From contig OX597824.1 of the NCBI GenBank assembly GCA_951406725.2, positions 45,694,001-45,758,000 on the forward strand: a DNA stretch of 64,000 bases. The letters are read 5' to 3'. The notes beneath the pieces were generated by a model. That model was given only the letters and a program-made list of their open reading frames with translations. It did not search any database and was not told the origin of the DNA. The position numbers and the translations under genes were made by a program. Below, piece by piece: positions 24,701-38,200 of the stretch (the first letter of the stretch is position 1; each line of letters opens with the position of its first letter). Source of the DNA: Octopus vulgaris (lineage: Eukaryota).

Positions 24701-24900
24701 ATCATCATCATAATCATCATCATCATCATCATCATCACCATTAAAGGTCTGATGTCCATGCTTGCATAGGTGTGACTAGAGGTGGCAAGCTGGAGGGCTG
24801 CACAAGACTCCAATCCGATTTGGCACGGTTTCTAAGGTTGGATGCCCTTCCTAATACCAACCACATTACAGAATGTGCTGGATGCTTTTACGTGGCACCG

Positions 24901-24945
<45 letters not shown>

Positions 24946-25269
24946 TCAAAAGAGATATCTCAAGAATAAATCAGTACTACCATCCACAACAAGTCACTTT
25001 CAGGGCACTTGACCATTTAACATCCTACTACTATCATACCACCTACATTTCTTCTTATTCTCCCTTCTCTTTCTCCTTCTTCTTCTTTGACTTCTTCCTT
25101 TCCGCTACCTCCTTCCTAACTTTACCACTATTGCTGTTTAGAATAATACCTACGCAAATTTTATTAACAATAGACTCAAAAGAGATGTCTCAAGAATTCA
25201 ATCACTACTACCATCCACAACAAGTCACTTTCAGGGCACTTGACCATTTAACATCCTACTACTATCATA
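24946..25269. repeat. About 93-bp direct repeat (24946-25039 and 25176-25269), followed by (TTC)n to about 25390
   Basis: Near-identical TCAAAAGAGAT..CTACTACTATCATA copies, 230 bp apart. Confidence 0.92.
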
Positions 25270-25811
25270 GCACTCTTGCATTCGTCTTCTTCTTCTTCTT
25301 CTTCTTCTTCTTCTTCTTCTTCTTCTTCTTCTTCTTCTTCTTCTTCTTCTTCTTCTTCTTCTTCTTCTTCTTCTTCTTCTTCTCCTTCTTCTCTGCCAAG
25401 AATTCACAATGACCTTGAACCCACAAGAGTAAACAAGAAAGACAGAGATAGGTAGAAACAAAGAAAATGCTCCTTGTATGTGAATACTATGCAAATATTC
25501 TTTTAAAAAACTTTTCATTTAATTTTTCCAAAATTTAATTATTTTCCATACTTACAGTTGAAAAAAAGTCTCAATGACTGAACCTGGTAGTGAAATGTTT
25601 TTTATAAAATTTTTTTAGCATTTCCTACCTTGACTTTTTTCCATATATATATATATATATATATATGTAACTACTTGGACTTTGGGTATATATCTATTAG
25701 TATGTCAATTAAAATACATTAACCATTTGGGCTACCTAATGTCATCCACAGTAATGATATGATTTTTGCTGGATCTACATCAGGAAATCGCAGTGTTTGT
25801 TGAGTTTATTA

Positions 25812-26124
25812 TTGATGAAGGAAACCAAAGATGGATTTAATATGAATACTAGATTTAGCATGACAATCATTTCAACCCATCTAGCGCCTATCTCATAGGA
25901 GTAGGATATTGTACAACTAGCAAGAGCAATATGCCAAAGAGAATTCAGTATATCCAGTGGGATATCTCTTTCTACATCAAGCACCTGCAGTGACACTGCC
26001 TGCACTGATTGATGCAATACAACTAGATGCACAATATCCTTCCCCTATGAAACAGGATGGGTTGAAACAATTGTTGTGCTGAATAAAGATTTGCACTAAA
26101 TCCATCTTCCGTTTCCTTCATCAA
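25812..26124. mobile_element. Palindromic element with inverted hammerhead-bearing arms (about 105 bp each)
   Basis: 25812-25920 is the reverse complement of 26023-26124. Plus arm: GCA-CTGATTGA ... GATGGGTT-GAAAC-AATT-GTT-GTGC. Minus arm: CTAGATGGGTT-GAAAT-GATT-GTC-ATGC. Confidence 0.75.
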
Positions 26125-26212
26125 ATATATATATATATACATACATATATATCTATGTATGTATCTATATTTCTGTTTATCTCTCTCTCTAACTATATAT
26201 ATATATATGTAC

Positions 26213-26665
26213 ATCATCATCATCATCGTCGTTTAATGTCCGCTCTCCATGCTGGCATGGGTTGGACGGTTTGACAGAAGACTTGTGAGCCAGAAGGCTG
26301 CACCAGGCTCAATCTGATCTGGCAAAGTTTCTACAGCTGGATGCCCTTCCTAACGCCAACCACTCCAAGAGTGTTGTGGGTGCTTTTACATGCCACTAGC
26401 ACAAGGGCCAGTCAGGCAGTTCTGGCAACGACCACGTTCAAAAGGTGTTTTTTACATGCTACCTGCACAGGAGCCAGTCCAGCAGCACTGGCAACGACTA
26501 CGCTCGAATGTTGTTTTTCACATGCTACCGGCACATGTGATGGCAATGATCACACTCGAACAGTGCTTTTTACATGCTACCAGCACAGGAGCCAATCTGT
26601 GGCCCTGGCAACAATCACACTCGGATGTGCTTTTAACGTATCACTGGCACGAGTGCCAGTCAGGT
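26213..26665 (-). mobile_element. Older RTE 3' end with degenerate tandem units
   Basis: (CAT)n, CCATGCTGGCATGGGTTGGACGG and GGATGCCCTTCCTAACGCC, then about 5 diverged GGTGCTTTTACATGCCAC units. Confidence 0.8.
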
Positions 26666-26999
26666 GGTAATGTCATAGGCCACATCAGCGGTGTACATGT
26701 GTATATTAAAAAGCAAGAAGAAAATTTAACATTTATTATTTATTCATATATTACCACTTACTATGTCATTATTTTGTGGTTCATGCTTAGATGGCAATTA
26801 AAGCTTTTCTTGGTGTTTTATGCCTGTGGTCATATGATCTGTAATTGCTTTAGTGGCTTGTGTGCTATTTAAAGGCCTTTAGGTGACAGGTCACTGTGAC
26901 AACTAGTCAAGAGTGTCCATTAGAACTGTCAATCAGATTTCAAGTATTTGACATTCTTTAGGTATAATTTGTTTTGACGTCTGCATTTCAACACAAACT

Positions 27000-28200
27000 C
27001 TTGCTTTAACAATATAAGAAAATAACTGGAACTAACTTGTCTTTCATGTGTTGCACTATAAGATATGAATAAATTTTACATGTTAAATTGGTTCAGAAGC
27101 TTTAACTTGTTTCCCACAAAATAGAAAAGATAAGCAGTTAAAACACCTTGAAGGAAGATACAATAAAGTTCTTATGGTAAGATACAAACTTATGACCTGT
27201 GCATCTTGACAGCAATATCTTACTTTTTCGTTTGCAGAATTAACTGATCAAAACTTCCACTATTTCTTCACCATGTGCCAGGCATTCAATTGGCTTCTTC
27301 CATGACAGCTGTCTTCTCAATGTAATTTAACCAAAAACTAACAACAACAACAGCAACAACAAATTGCCCATATTGAAGAAAATAAATTACCATAACAGGC
27401 TTTTCCTAATGGGAATAATATAGCAGAGTATCTCTACAGATTGTAAATGACTTTATATTATGCATATCGACAAGAATTTCCAAGCTATAAATGGTCCATC
27501 AACATAACCTAATTTTTCCTTTTCCCTATCCATAGAAAACTACTGGATTTGCATAAATTTCAGACTAGTACTTCATGTTGTGATGAAAAAAATTAAGTGC
27601 CACATTTATCATAGTGCACAATTGGGCTTTGAAAATTCTCATTTGAACTGTCATTAATAAATTGTCCAAGATTAAAAACAGCTGATGCATTGCTTGACAG
27701 AGAAGTAGCCGAGATTTAGTATACGTTAAAAAATATAATGCCATTAATAAACTTTGGTTGTAAATTCATTGAAGTGTAAGTATTCTTTTGATGTTGCTTT
27801 ATTAATGGCCTAATTCTTTACAATAGCATTTTCTTTCAAGTTTTTCTTTGGACATAACTAAATCATCCATCAACATTTGGCTATTTCTAATCTCTGATGA
27901 TATTCCATGTTGATTGGTCAGAGAAAATAACTGTAGTTGAAACTTTCTTGCTGCAGACAAAGAAGGTACTATCATAGGAAGATTGATTTATTTTCCTGTT
28001 CCAACTCTATCAAAAACAGACTGCTTTGTCAACTCCATTATATCTCAAATCCATTTTGGTTCTTTTCCTCTTCTCTGTAATTTCGGCCATTTCCTCATAA
28101 ATTTGCTTTACAATTTAAGATGTTGTTTGCTTAAGTATATACACTGGATTATTGTTGTTCTACCTTTGTTGAAAACTAACATGAAATGACTGACATATAT
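27000..28200 (-). pseudogene. Possible highly decayed Penelope-type reverse transcriptase
   Basis: Scattered minus-strand peptides such as YVDGPFIAW (cf. YVDD.F..W) and IYANP. Many stops and frameshifts. Confidence 0.3.
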
Positions 28201-30194
28201 ATGCAATCCATATTTACAAAAGCTTAATTTTGGAAACTTTACCAGTTCTGCTTTCATTTAAATTATGGGTCAGCTAGCATGCCAATTCTGATTTCTGATA
28301 AGTTTTATTCATTCAATATTAAAGTGGAGGAAAGATTTTTTTTTTACCTCCGGGAACTTTTCCTTTTCTTTTCAATTTATGAATTAAGAAAAACATGGTT
28401 ATACACATATTGTGAAATATCATTGAGAATATTATTCAGAGCATGACTTAATTTTGGTGCTGTATTTGTTGCTTTAATTGGTTTGAAGGCAATTAGCTGC
28501 TTATGGATTAGTAATTGGTTTTCACATGAATTCCTGTTTCCAGAAAGGAAAATCAAGAATACAACATTGCCATAGTAGCTTTTTTGCTTTGTTTTACTTT
28601 TATGTTTCTAGACTAGTATGAGTTAGGACAGTGGAGCTGGTGTGGATAGAAATGTAGACTATATGTTTTACTAATTCTCTTTTGGTGTGTGGTTTATCTT
28701 TCATCCTGAAGGCTTAAAGCATAAAACTAGTATAAGCAGTAAAATGAAGTTGATTCTATTGACTGTATCTTTTTCTCTTTACAAAAGAGACTTTTGTATT
28801 TAGAAAGTTATCATATATTAGAATGCATGCATGAAACAAGCTGAGTTGATTTGACAACCTACCAACTCACAGATCATAAGCTCGAATCAACTGGAGGCAT
28901 TTTATGCATTTTACCAGTACGCTTAATTTTACACACCTCATTTCACCAAGATGTTAGAAACAGGTTTCAAGATTATTTGGAAATTTTACTCATAATAAAC
29001 TTGTAACTTTCCACAGAGATTTATTTCTCATCTACTTGATACAATGAAATTGGAGCTTATTATTGCAGTGTAAACACCGCTCAAGACTTAAGGGGCATTT
29101 ACATACATTTCTGATTAATATTAACATGACCTGTATACATCATCGTCGCCGCCACCACCACCACCACCTTTGTTTTCGTTCCTTCTGTGCCACTAAAGTA
29201 ACCTCCTTGACTGAGTGAGACTACATTTTGAACACTTTTGGTAATTAGTGTGAATTTTTGGAGCAAGTAATTTTCATCTTGATTCTAATGCCACAAGCCA
29301 TTCAACCCTGCTGCCCAATCAGCTAGATAATGAGATAAATACTCAGGTTATGATTGCTTGTTTAAACATGAGAATCATATTTGTAATGGAACAAATTGCC
29401 CTGTAGGCTACAGAGGGTGGTTATTACTACCACTACCACCATCAACAACAACAATAACAACAGTGACAACGACGACAACAACAACAACAGCAACATCATT
29501 AACACCAACAGTAATAACAAAAAAAAAATTGTTTCTGCTACAGATAATCTTATCTTTTCAAATAAAGATAATCTTCATCCAACTAACAAATTAAGATTGC
29601 TCTTCATAATACAATTATTATTCTAAGGATGATATCCTGCTATTAAGATGAATTCACTGAAGATTGATTATTATCTTGTGATGAAATTACCAGGTGATGT
29701 ATTTATCAGAAAGTACTTACATCATGGATTAAGACATCGTCAGCTAATTCATCACCATCCCAAATACATCATCAGAAAATTTATTGTCATACTTTTTAGC
29801 AGTAGAATTAATTTGTTGCTAAATATTATTTGAAGTGTTAATTCACAGAGTAAAAATGTCTCATTTCATTAACAATGAAAAAGAAATTCAAAGACAACAA
29901 ATTTCTTTCTATTATCTGAAAATTTTCAGATATCTTGAAAACAGAAACAATTAAGATATGGAATAAGAATTGAACAATACATTGCCAGAACAAAAATTCT
30001 ACATCACATTTAGTAATGCAGCAAGAATTCTGCATGTTTTTAATGAATATTAAAATTGCAAATTTTTAGGTGTTTTTCATAATTTATGTATTTACGACTG
30101 AAATTTAAACTAGTGTCATATTTTTACAGCATTTTTTTTATGGGGATTCAATTTTTTAAAAGTACTTTCAGCCTTTTTTGCATGTATATCTTTT

Positions 30195-30388
30195 ATTTTT
30201 ACTTGTTTCAGTCATTGAACTGTGGCTATGCTGGAGCACCACTCGAAGGGTTTGGTTGAGCAAATCAATCCCAGTACATGTTTTTAAGTTTGGTACTTAC
30301 ACTATTGGTCTCTTCTACCAAGCTTCTAAGTGACAAGGATGTAAACAGACCAATACTGTTGTCAAATGGTGCAAGGGGAACAAGCACA

Positions 30389-30431
<43 letters not shown>

Positions 30432-30715
30432 ATGCACAATCATACACACACACACACTCATGCACGATCATACACACACACACATACATACACTCTCACA
30501 TACATACACATGTACACTCTTACACACACATGCACACTACGCTCACACATATGTATATGACAGGCTTCCACACTGTTTCTTTCTTCCAAGTTCACACATA
30601 CAGAGTACAGGTTGGCCTAAGGTTTTAGTAAGTAGCCGGTACTTGTCCAAGATACAGGGCAGTGGGACAACCACCTTGTTGTAAAGTGAGTTACTTAACC
30701 ACCCAACCATGCCAG
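30195..30715 (-). mobile_element. Family S1 SINE with expanded internal (CA)n
   Basis: TTTTACTTGTTTCAGTCATTGAACTGTGGCTATGCTGGAGCACC tail (reverse complement); head remnant near 30700. Confidence 0.8.
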
Positions 30716-30756
30716 CACTTGAATAAATTTCATATTAATATTTTTCTTTTTGTCTA

Positions 30757-30970
30757 AAGTGGTGAGCTGGCAGAATCATTAGAATGTTGGGCAAAATGTT
30801 TAGTGACATTTTGTGCATCTTCATCTTCTGAGTTCAAATTCCGCTAAGGTCAACTTTGCCTTTCATCCTTCTGGGATCAATAAAGTAAGTACCACTTAAG
30901 CAATGGGGGTTGATGTAATCGACTTACCCCATTTCCTGAAATTTCTGATCTTGTGCCAAAAATAGAAACT
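30757..30970 (+). mobile_element. Family S2 SINE
   Basis: GGTGAGCTGGCAGAATCATTAG..GAGTTCAAATTCC..TTTGCCTTTCATCCTT. Confidence 0.85.
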
Positions 30971-31194
30971 GGTATTTTTCTTTTGTCATGAAATATTTTT
31001 TTTATTCTGTTAATTAAATATCACATATTTACTCTGTAATTGAAAGCTTTTAATAATGTTTAACGATGTACTTATTCTGTGGCTAAAAGTTTTGGTAATG
31101 AATTTACCAACATACTCACACACATGCACTCACTCACACAATCTCTAATGTGTGGGTAAGTGTGTAATCATCACAGTAAATTTACTATGAATAA

Positions 31195-31510
31195 TTGGCA
31201 TTCTGTTGGTTACGATGACGAGGGTTCCAATTGATCCATTCAACAGAACACCCTGCTCATGTAATTTGCATGCAAGTGGCTGAGCACTCCACAGACATGT
31301 GTACCTATAGTTCTCAGAAAGATTCTGTGTAACACAAAATGTAACAAGGCTGGCCTTTTGAAATACAAGTACTACTAATTTTTGCTAGCTGAGTGGACTG
31401 GAGCAATGCAAAATAAAGTGTCTTGCTCAAGGACACAATGCATCGCTGCGAATTGAACTCATGACCTACGATTGTGAGTTGAATACTCTAACCACTAATG
31501 TGCCTTCACA
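31195..31510 (-). mobile_element. Family S3 SINE
   Basis: GACGAGGGTTCCAATTGATCC..GTGGCTGAGCACTCCACAGACA, as in 20893-21277. Confidence 0.8.
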
Positions 31511-31789
31511 GGTAATTACATTGTAGTAAATAAGTTACCAGGTAATTTCATTGGAAAGTAATTACATCATTAGCCAATACATCTTACTTGTTCTCTCCTT
31601 TACACATGTTGCTGAGGAGTGGTGATTAATTCTTATAGCTTATAAGGCTTTGGTCCACTGAGCATGAAAAAAAACTTTGAGTCTGATGTTAAGAACAGTG
31701 TTAGAGTGTACATGGAGACATAGGGGACATGGCCTGTGGTAGTGTTGAGGTAAATGAACAGGAGTTGTTCTGAGCCATTACTAGCAAAT

Positions 31790-32200
31790 ATAACTAGAAT
31801 GAGATCTAATTGACACCAGCTCCTTCCATGGAGGTATCTCCAGAAAATTTAATTCAAGTTATGATGAATGCAGAATATGAGCAGTCATCTATTATTATTT
31901 ATTTTGTCCACACTAAAATGCCAAAAAAAAGAGGAACACCATGAGTCAAGATATGCTGTGCCAACTCTGGCATTGAAATCTACTGGAAGAACAAATTGTT
32001 CCTCACTAGGGTTGCTGTTGCTGAATCTGATTGAGAGCAGTGTTGGAGCATACATGGATGATTGGGACTGTAGTGGTGTTGAGACAGGTAACCAAGAGTT
32101 GTTCTGAACCATTGCTCCCAACTTCTACTGTACTCAGCAGGCTGCTCTTTACTGCATAGCTAATTCCATTTTCTCTATGCTGATTATATTGTATAACACA
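31790..32200 (-). mobile_element. RTE-type apurinic endonuclease relic
   Basis: NGISYAVKSSLL, MYAPTL, VDFNARVG..DSW and QLDLIL, matching the APE motifs GDFNA and D-x-I. Confidence 0.75.
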
Positions 32201-32334
32201 ATTTTTGTCTTCAAGTAAGCAGGGCATTCTGTACAGTACTCCAATTACACTGTAACAAACTGTTTTTCATTTTTTTTTGTTTTGTTCTTGAGCAACAACT
32301 GTGATTTCATATTTGTTTATCCCTAGAAAATATG

Positions 32335-32550
32335 AAAAATGGCTAATATTTCTTTCAAACTTTGCTTTCATTATGAGATCTATTCAAACCCCAAAGAATC
32401 CTTCTCAACACGTGACTAAGATGTTCCCCCACTAATCCTGCTCATGATCAGAGACATACATATTGTCAGCTACTAAAGGACATGCTCTAGTGGTTAAGGT
32501 CAAACAACTGACAGGCAAATCTGTGGTATTGAGCAGAATATTTGCTATAA
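32335..32550 (-). mobile_element. Element C fragment
   Basis: CCCCAAAGAATCC..CAAATCTGTGGTATTGAGCAGAATATTTGCT matches 6485-6645. Confidence 0.8.
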
Positions 32551-33824
32551 TGATATATCTGCTTCAACAACATGGCACTGAATCCATCTGAAATCAAATG
32601 GAAAATAGGTCAGTTTCAAAATATTGATGTCCAGGTCACAAAAGCAAAGTTTAAAAGGAACAGTAGTCTTTTCCTTTGATTTCTTGATAGAAGCAAAGAG
32701 AAAATAACACTTACTGACCAAAGATAAAAAAGAAAGTAGAAATTTTGTTACAGTTCCTTGTCATATTCATTTCAGTTTTTTGTACTGTGAGTTCAAATCT
32801 CTCTGCCTTTCATACTACCAGGGTCAATAAATGAAGTACCAGTCTACTACTAGGATAAACCCTAATACTCTACCAAGAATTGAGGGCCCATAGAGTAAAG
32901 AAAAGCAATTTCTAAGACTTTGTAAGCAAAAGAATCAGACAAACATTTGCTCTAGTAACCATTCTATTGACCTTTTTGTTTAAATGATTGAGGAAATTAT
33001 ATATGTATATATATACATCTATTTTTCACTAATTATGATAAATGAAATTCCTAAAAATTGATTTAATGATTTAACATTTTGCTTTCATTGAGCCCCTCCC
33101 ATAAAAGACCACAAAAAGAAAATGAATAAAATAATCTCCTTTCCCTAAAAATAATCAATCGACAAATCAAGAAATCAATTTTATTTATTTATTTTTTACA
33201 CTTTTCAGTTTTTCTTAATTCTTTCTGAGTAGATTTTATTTTTATTTTTCTATTTTGTTTTTTGTTAGACTAGCATGAAAAAAAAAATAGATAAATAAAA
33301 TAAAAAGGAAACAGGAAGATAATATCAATGGAATTTATTGGTCAGAATTCCTTTTTTTATTTTTTATTTCCTCTTTTTCTTTCAAAAATATTCCTTTCCA
33401 GTGACAAAACACACATGCACTGGATGGAGATGATAGAGAAAGGAAGGAAAAGGCAAACATATGTAGAAAGAATGAAAGAAAGAAAGGAAGAAAAAAAGAA
33501 AGAGAGAAAGAAAGAAAGAGAGAAAGAAAGAAAGGAAGAAAGAAAGAAAGAAAGAGAGAAAGAAAGAAAGCGAGAGAGAAAGAGAGAAAGAAAGCAATCA
33601 AGAAAGAAAAACAAATAAGGCAACAATAAAGAGGGAAAAGAAAACCCTCATTTGATTTCTAGTTGGATAGAATGCTTTCCCTTGCTTTTCTTTGATGTTT
33701 TTTTTCCATCTATTTTATATACCTTTTTTACCCTCTCATTTAGAGGTCAATTGAAGGGGAAAATTATCAGTTCTTTTATTATGCTTTGTAATATTTTCCT
33801 GTAATAATCTGTGATAGATAGGCT

Positions 33825-33841
33825 GAGAGATAGATAGATAA

Positions 33842-33890
<49 letters not shown>

Positions 33891-34029
33891 CAGATAGATA
33901 GATAGATAGATAGATAAATAGAATAATAGGTAGGTGGGTAGAAAAATAATTGATATAGATACAGGGGTAGATAGATGGGTAGATAAATAATAAAAAGAAT
34001 AGATAACTGATGAGATAGATAGATAGTTG

Positions 34030-34084
<55 letters not shown>

Positions 34085-34180
34085 GGATATATAGATAGAT
34101 AGATAGGTTGATGGGTAGTTAAAAAAGACAGATAGAGAGATACATACTTACATATGTAGGTTGATATATATAGATAGATA
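33825..34180. repeat. (GATA)n array, continuing at 35599-35620
   Basis: Seen directly. Confidence 0.95.
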
Positions 34181-35598
34181 TGTTTCTTTATTAGCCACAC
34201 AGGGCTGCACACAGATAGAACAAATTACAAAGTAGAGCTTTTCTTTTGGGGGTTTAAAAAAAAGGGGGGTCGATCAAAAGGGATCGTAAAAGGAAAGAAA
34301 GAGGACAAAAAAGGGAGGGGTTTAAAAAAACAGGGGAGAGGAAAAAAAATTGATCAATAGGGATCGTTATCACAGAAATGTCAATATGAAGTGTAAAGGG
34401 GAGGACAGGTGAGGTTTACCCGTGGAAAGAAAAGCCTACGGAAAAGACCACGGTAACCTCGGTCAATGAAGTCACATGTTATATTTCTTTTTTTTTTTTT
34501 TTGCAAATAAGCAACTCTCTGTATTAAATTTTACGGTTCATAGAATCATAGTCAAGGTGGCTTCGTCATTCATACATGCCATCCTTGCTACATTCACCCA
34601 TCTTTTTTTAAAACATTCACTAGACAAAACTTGCCTCTCTACTCTCACTTTCCTCCTCAAGTGATACTTGAAGAAGTTGATGAGAGATTGACCAGAGAGG
34701 AAAGTGTTTGTCTCTAATCCTTTCAGGCGCATCCACCAGATACATTCTTTCGCCATAGCCACAAGTATGATAAAAATAGCTCTTCCTTCCCGTTTGAAGG
34801 AAGGAGGTGTGACGATAATAACGATAGACTCGGCTGATAAACCGACACGTCCCACACGTGACAGCAGTTGTTCGACATAAGCCCACAGGTCGGAAATTGC
34901 TGGACACTGCACGAGTGCGTGCAGAGCGGTTTCATCGCTCTGCCCGCATCTCGGGCAGGTCGGCCTCGTGTTTCTCGAGCCATGCCTATAGAGCTTATCC
35001 CGAACGGGTAGCGCTTCTCGGTAGCACCGCCAGGCCAGGGATATCTGGAAGTTGTCCATAGGTCCCGGGCCGAAAGTCGTTTGAAACAGGCGGGTCAGGT
35101 ATTCCTCGTCGACGCCCAGGTTTGCCCCGAGATCGTCGTCGTACCTCCCCTCCACTAATCCCCTATAGAATGCTTTGGTTGTGTTGAAGACGCTCAAGAT
35201 CGACACGGGACGGCAGAGTTGCTTGAGAGTAACGCGACACTCGCGGTGCCATTCGCCCTTCCTCGGCCTCTTTTTGATCCACGACTGTAGTTCGGTCATG
35301 GAGACGAGTTGCGGGAATGCGTGCCTCACAAACGGCGACCACACCTGTTCACCGGAGATGTCACAGTCTCAGCGCGTGTCTGCGCATCATCAACCACGGC
35401 ATGCTCAGCCCTCCTTTTAACGGGTGTTGACAGCAAATGGATCGCCTGACCATCGGGATGCATCCTTTCCACAAGAAGCGGAAGAGGATGCGTTCTAGTT
35501 TGGTGATGGTAGGGTCGGGACAAGGTACGACGGTCAGGCGGTTGTAGATGATGGACGCGATGTACGCGTTCGCCACCTCCGCCCGACCTTTTAGGGAC
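34181..35598 (-). mobile_element. L1/Tx1-clade LINE, 5'-truncated ORF2 C-terminus plus 3' UTR
   Basis: SLKGRAEVAN..LERILFRFLWKG..PLKGGLSMP and zf-RVT WRCYREALPV..CPRCGQSDETALHALVQCP. AATAAA at the 3' end; GC- and CpG-rich; inserted in (GATA)n. Confidence 0.92.
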
Positions 35599-36065
35599 AT
35601 AGATAGATAGATAAATAGATGGGTATGTAGGTATATTAGATAGCTTCATATGCAAGATAAATATAATATTCCTCATGGCCAGACATATTTTTGCAAAATA
35701 TTGGAAATGGATGACATTGCTTTTATGACAGGGATAATCATTTACAACTAACATGCAATGTCAAGACAAGGACAAATACATACATGTGTGCACACACACA
35801 CATGCGTGCATGCATACATGCATGCACACACACATGCCTGCATGCATATATGCATGCACACATGCACACACACACACACACAGAATGAGGTTCTTTCACT
35901 TTCTGTCTACCAAATTCACTTATAAGGTTTTGGTCCACTGAGGGCAGAATTGTAGTAGAAGACACTTGCCGATGTTGTGCAGTAGGACTGAACCTGAAAC
36001 TATGTGGTTGGGAAGCAAACTTTTTAACCACATAGCCGTGCCTGTGCTGAGCCATGCTTGTGTGT

Positions 36066-36116
<51 letters not shown>

Positions 36117-37640
36117 GGAGGGAGAGAGATGGATTCTAGAAAGTCAGACAAATAAATCTAAGGTCATAAAATTATTGGATAATTGTAAAGTGTTTCCACC
36201 ATACGACACTTATGAGATCAAGGTGTTGTTTATTGAAAGAGTGCTCTTTGGTATAAGTAAATGCCGATGAAATCATTTCAAACTTTTCCAGTTTCCTTTA
36301 TCAAAACAGCTAGAACTTGTGCAACAATCTGATATATAAGTTATTGTCACCTGGGAAGAGGATTTTTTATGCTCAAGAAAGAGAGTATATTTGATAGAAA
36401 TTGTTGAAATACATATGTATTTCATATGAGTAGAAAATTATGGAGGATGGCATTCACTGTACTTGGATCTAGTTAGTTTGAGTCACAAAATCAGTGCCCT
36501 TTTAAAATGACATGCAATTTTCCATGCTTATTCCTGTGTAGCCATGAACATCTGGAGAAAAAATTTGATGCACACAAAATTCTTTTTTTAATTCATGGTT
36601 TTAAAATATGGATAGTCCGAATCTACTATTTGCTTCTCTTTATAATTTCCAAATAATTTTTTAAATACTTCAAAATCAAAATTGCATAGATATGTGTGCC
36701 AGAAACAGTAATTAAAAATTAAGGAAATAGATTTTTGGGAGATCTCTTATAATGACTGACTTTTATTCCATTACTTTAATATCTTCTGAAACTTATACAT
36801 ATACATGTATAAATGCATACAGAAACATACAAATATATATACACACACATACATTTTTACAGAGTTAGTTTTATTTACATCATTGTATATATATATAAAT
36901 ATTTCAACATATCTACACAATTGTGCCCCAAAGATTTGCTTCTTCATAACCTTGAGAAAATTTGATTTTTCTTTTCTACAAATATGCTTCAGATCATGTA
37001 GATTCCAATTAAATTGGAATTCATTGTGAAAGCCATTTGTCCCCAAAGGAGTTTTAGAAATTCACACCATTAGGTTTTGTTGCATATATATATGTATATA
37101 TACGTGGGTGTATACATATTGTTTTAATTATATCTTTATGCACGCACATACACACATAAAAAACTGGCTCACCATCCATTACGACAATCACAAGTATCCA
37201 AAACTTCTTTACCACTCTTCCAACTTCGTTTTTACTCTTAAAAAGAAGGCTTTCGTCTACTTGGACTATATGTTGTACCTCTGCATGGCTGTCTGTCTGC
37301 TAATATTGCTGATGGACATGCAGCTTGTCACTGACATTTCACATATAAAGTCCAGGATTATGTGAAAAAGTGTGAAGACCATCAATTGACTTTCTTCTAT
37401 TAAAGTATTAAAAAATTATTTGGAAATTATAAAGGAAAATGAAAGGTGTGTTTAGACTGTCCGTATTCTAAAACCACAAATTTTTAAAAAATGGGTGGAG
37501 GTGAGAGATTTTTTTTTTTGCATAATCATATCAATTCCATTATGCAGAAAACAGAATCAAAAACATTTTGTAAAAATTTGTAAAAACACAAAAGTTATGA
37601 GGGGTTTTAGCACATGCTTACATCATAATTCCTCCCATTC

Positions 37641-37702
<62 letters not shown>

Positions 37703-37739
37703 ATGTGTGTTTGTGTGTTTGTGTGTCTCTGTGTGTCTC

Positions 37740-38200
37740 TGTGTGTGTCTGTGGTGGTAGTGGTATTGGTGCTGGTGGAGATGATGGTGGTGATGATGAT
37801 GCCAATGGTGGTGATAATGCTGAGGAAGATGATGCTGAGAATGGGGAGGATGAGGATGAGGATGAGGTGGATGGGGATGAGGAGGAAGGGATGAGAAGGA
37901 AGAGTGGGAGGGGAGGGGAGGAGGAGATGAAAGAGAAGATGGAGGAAGATGAGGAGAAGGAAAAGAGGAGGAGGAAGGAGGATGGGGAAGAGGAGGATGA
38001 GACAGATGAAGTTGAGAATAAAGAGGATGAAGATGAGGAAGAGGATGAGCATGATGAGTTGAAGGAGGAAGAAGTTGAAGATGATGGAGGAGGAGGGTGG
38101 TTGGTGGTGGTGATGGTGATGCCAATGATGATGACAATGAGAGTGACGATAATGAGGAAGTTAAGGAGGAGGAGGAAGAGGAAAAAGAGCAGGAGGAATC
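37740..38200. repeat. Purine-rich (GAG/GAT/GGT)n low-complexity tract
   Basis: Seen directly. Confidence 0.9.

Noticed and set aside
36250-37620. DNA transposon or MITE remnants
   Set aside because: The sequence looks transposon-like, but I could not define TIR pairs or transposase motifs.
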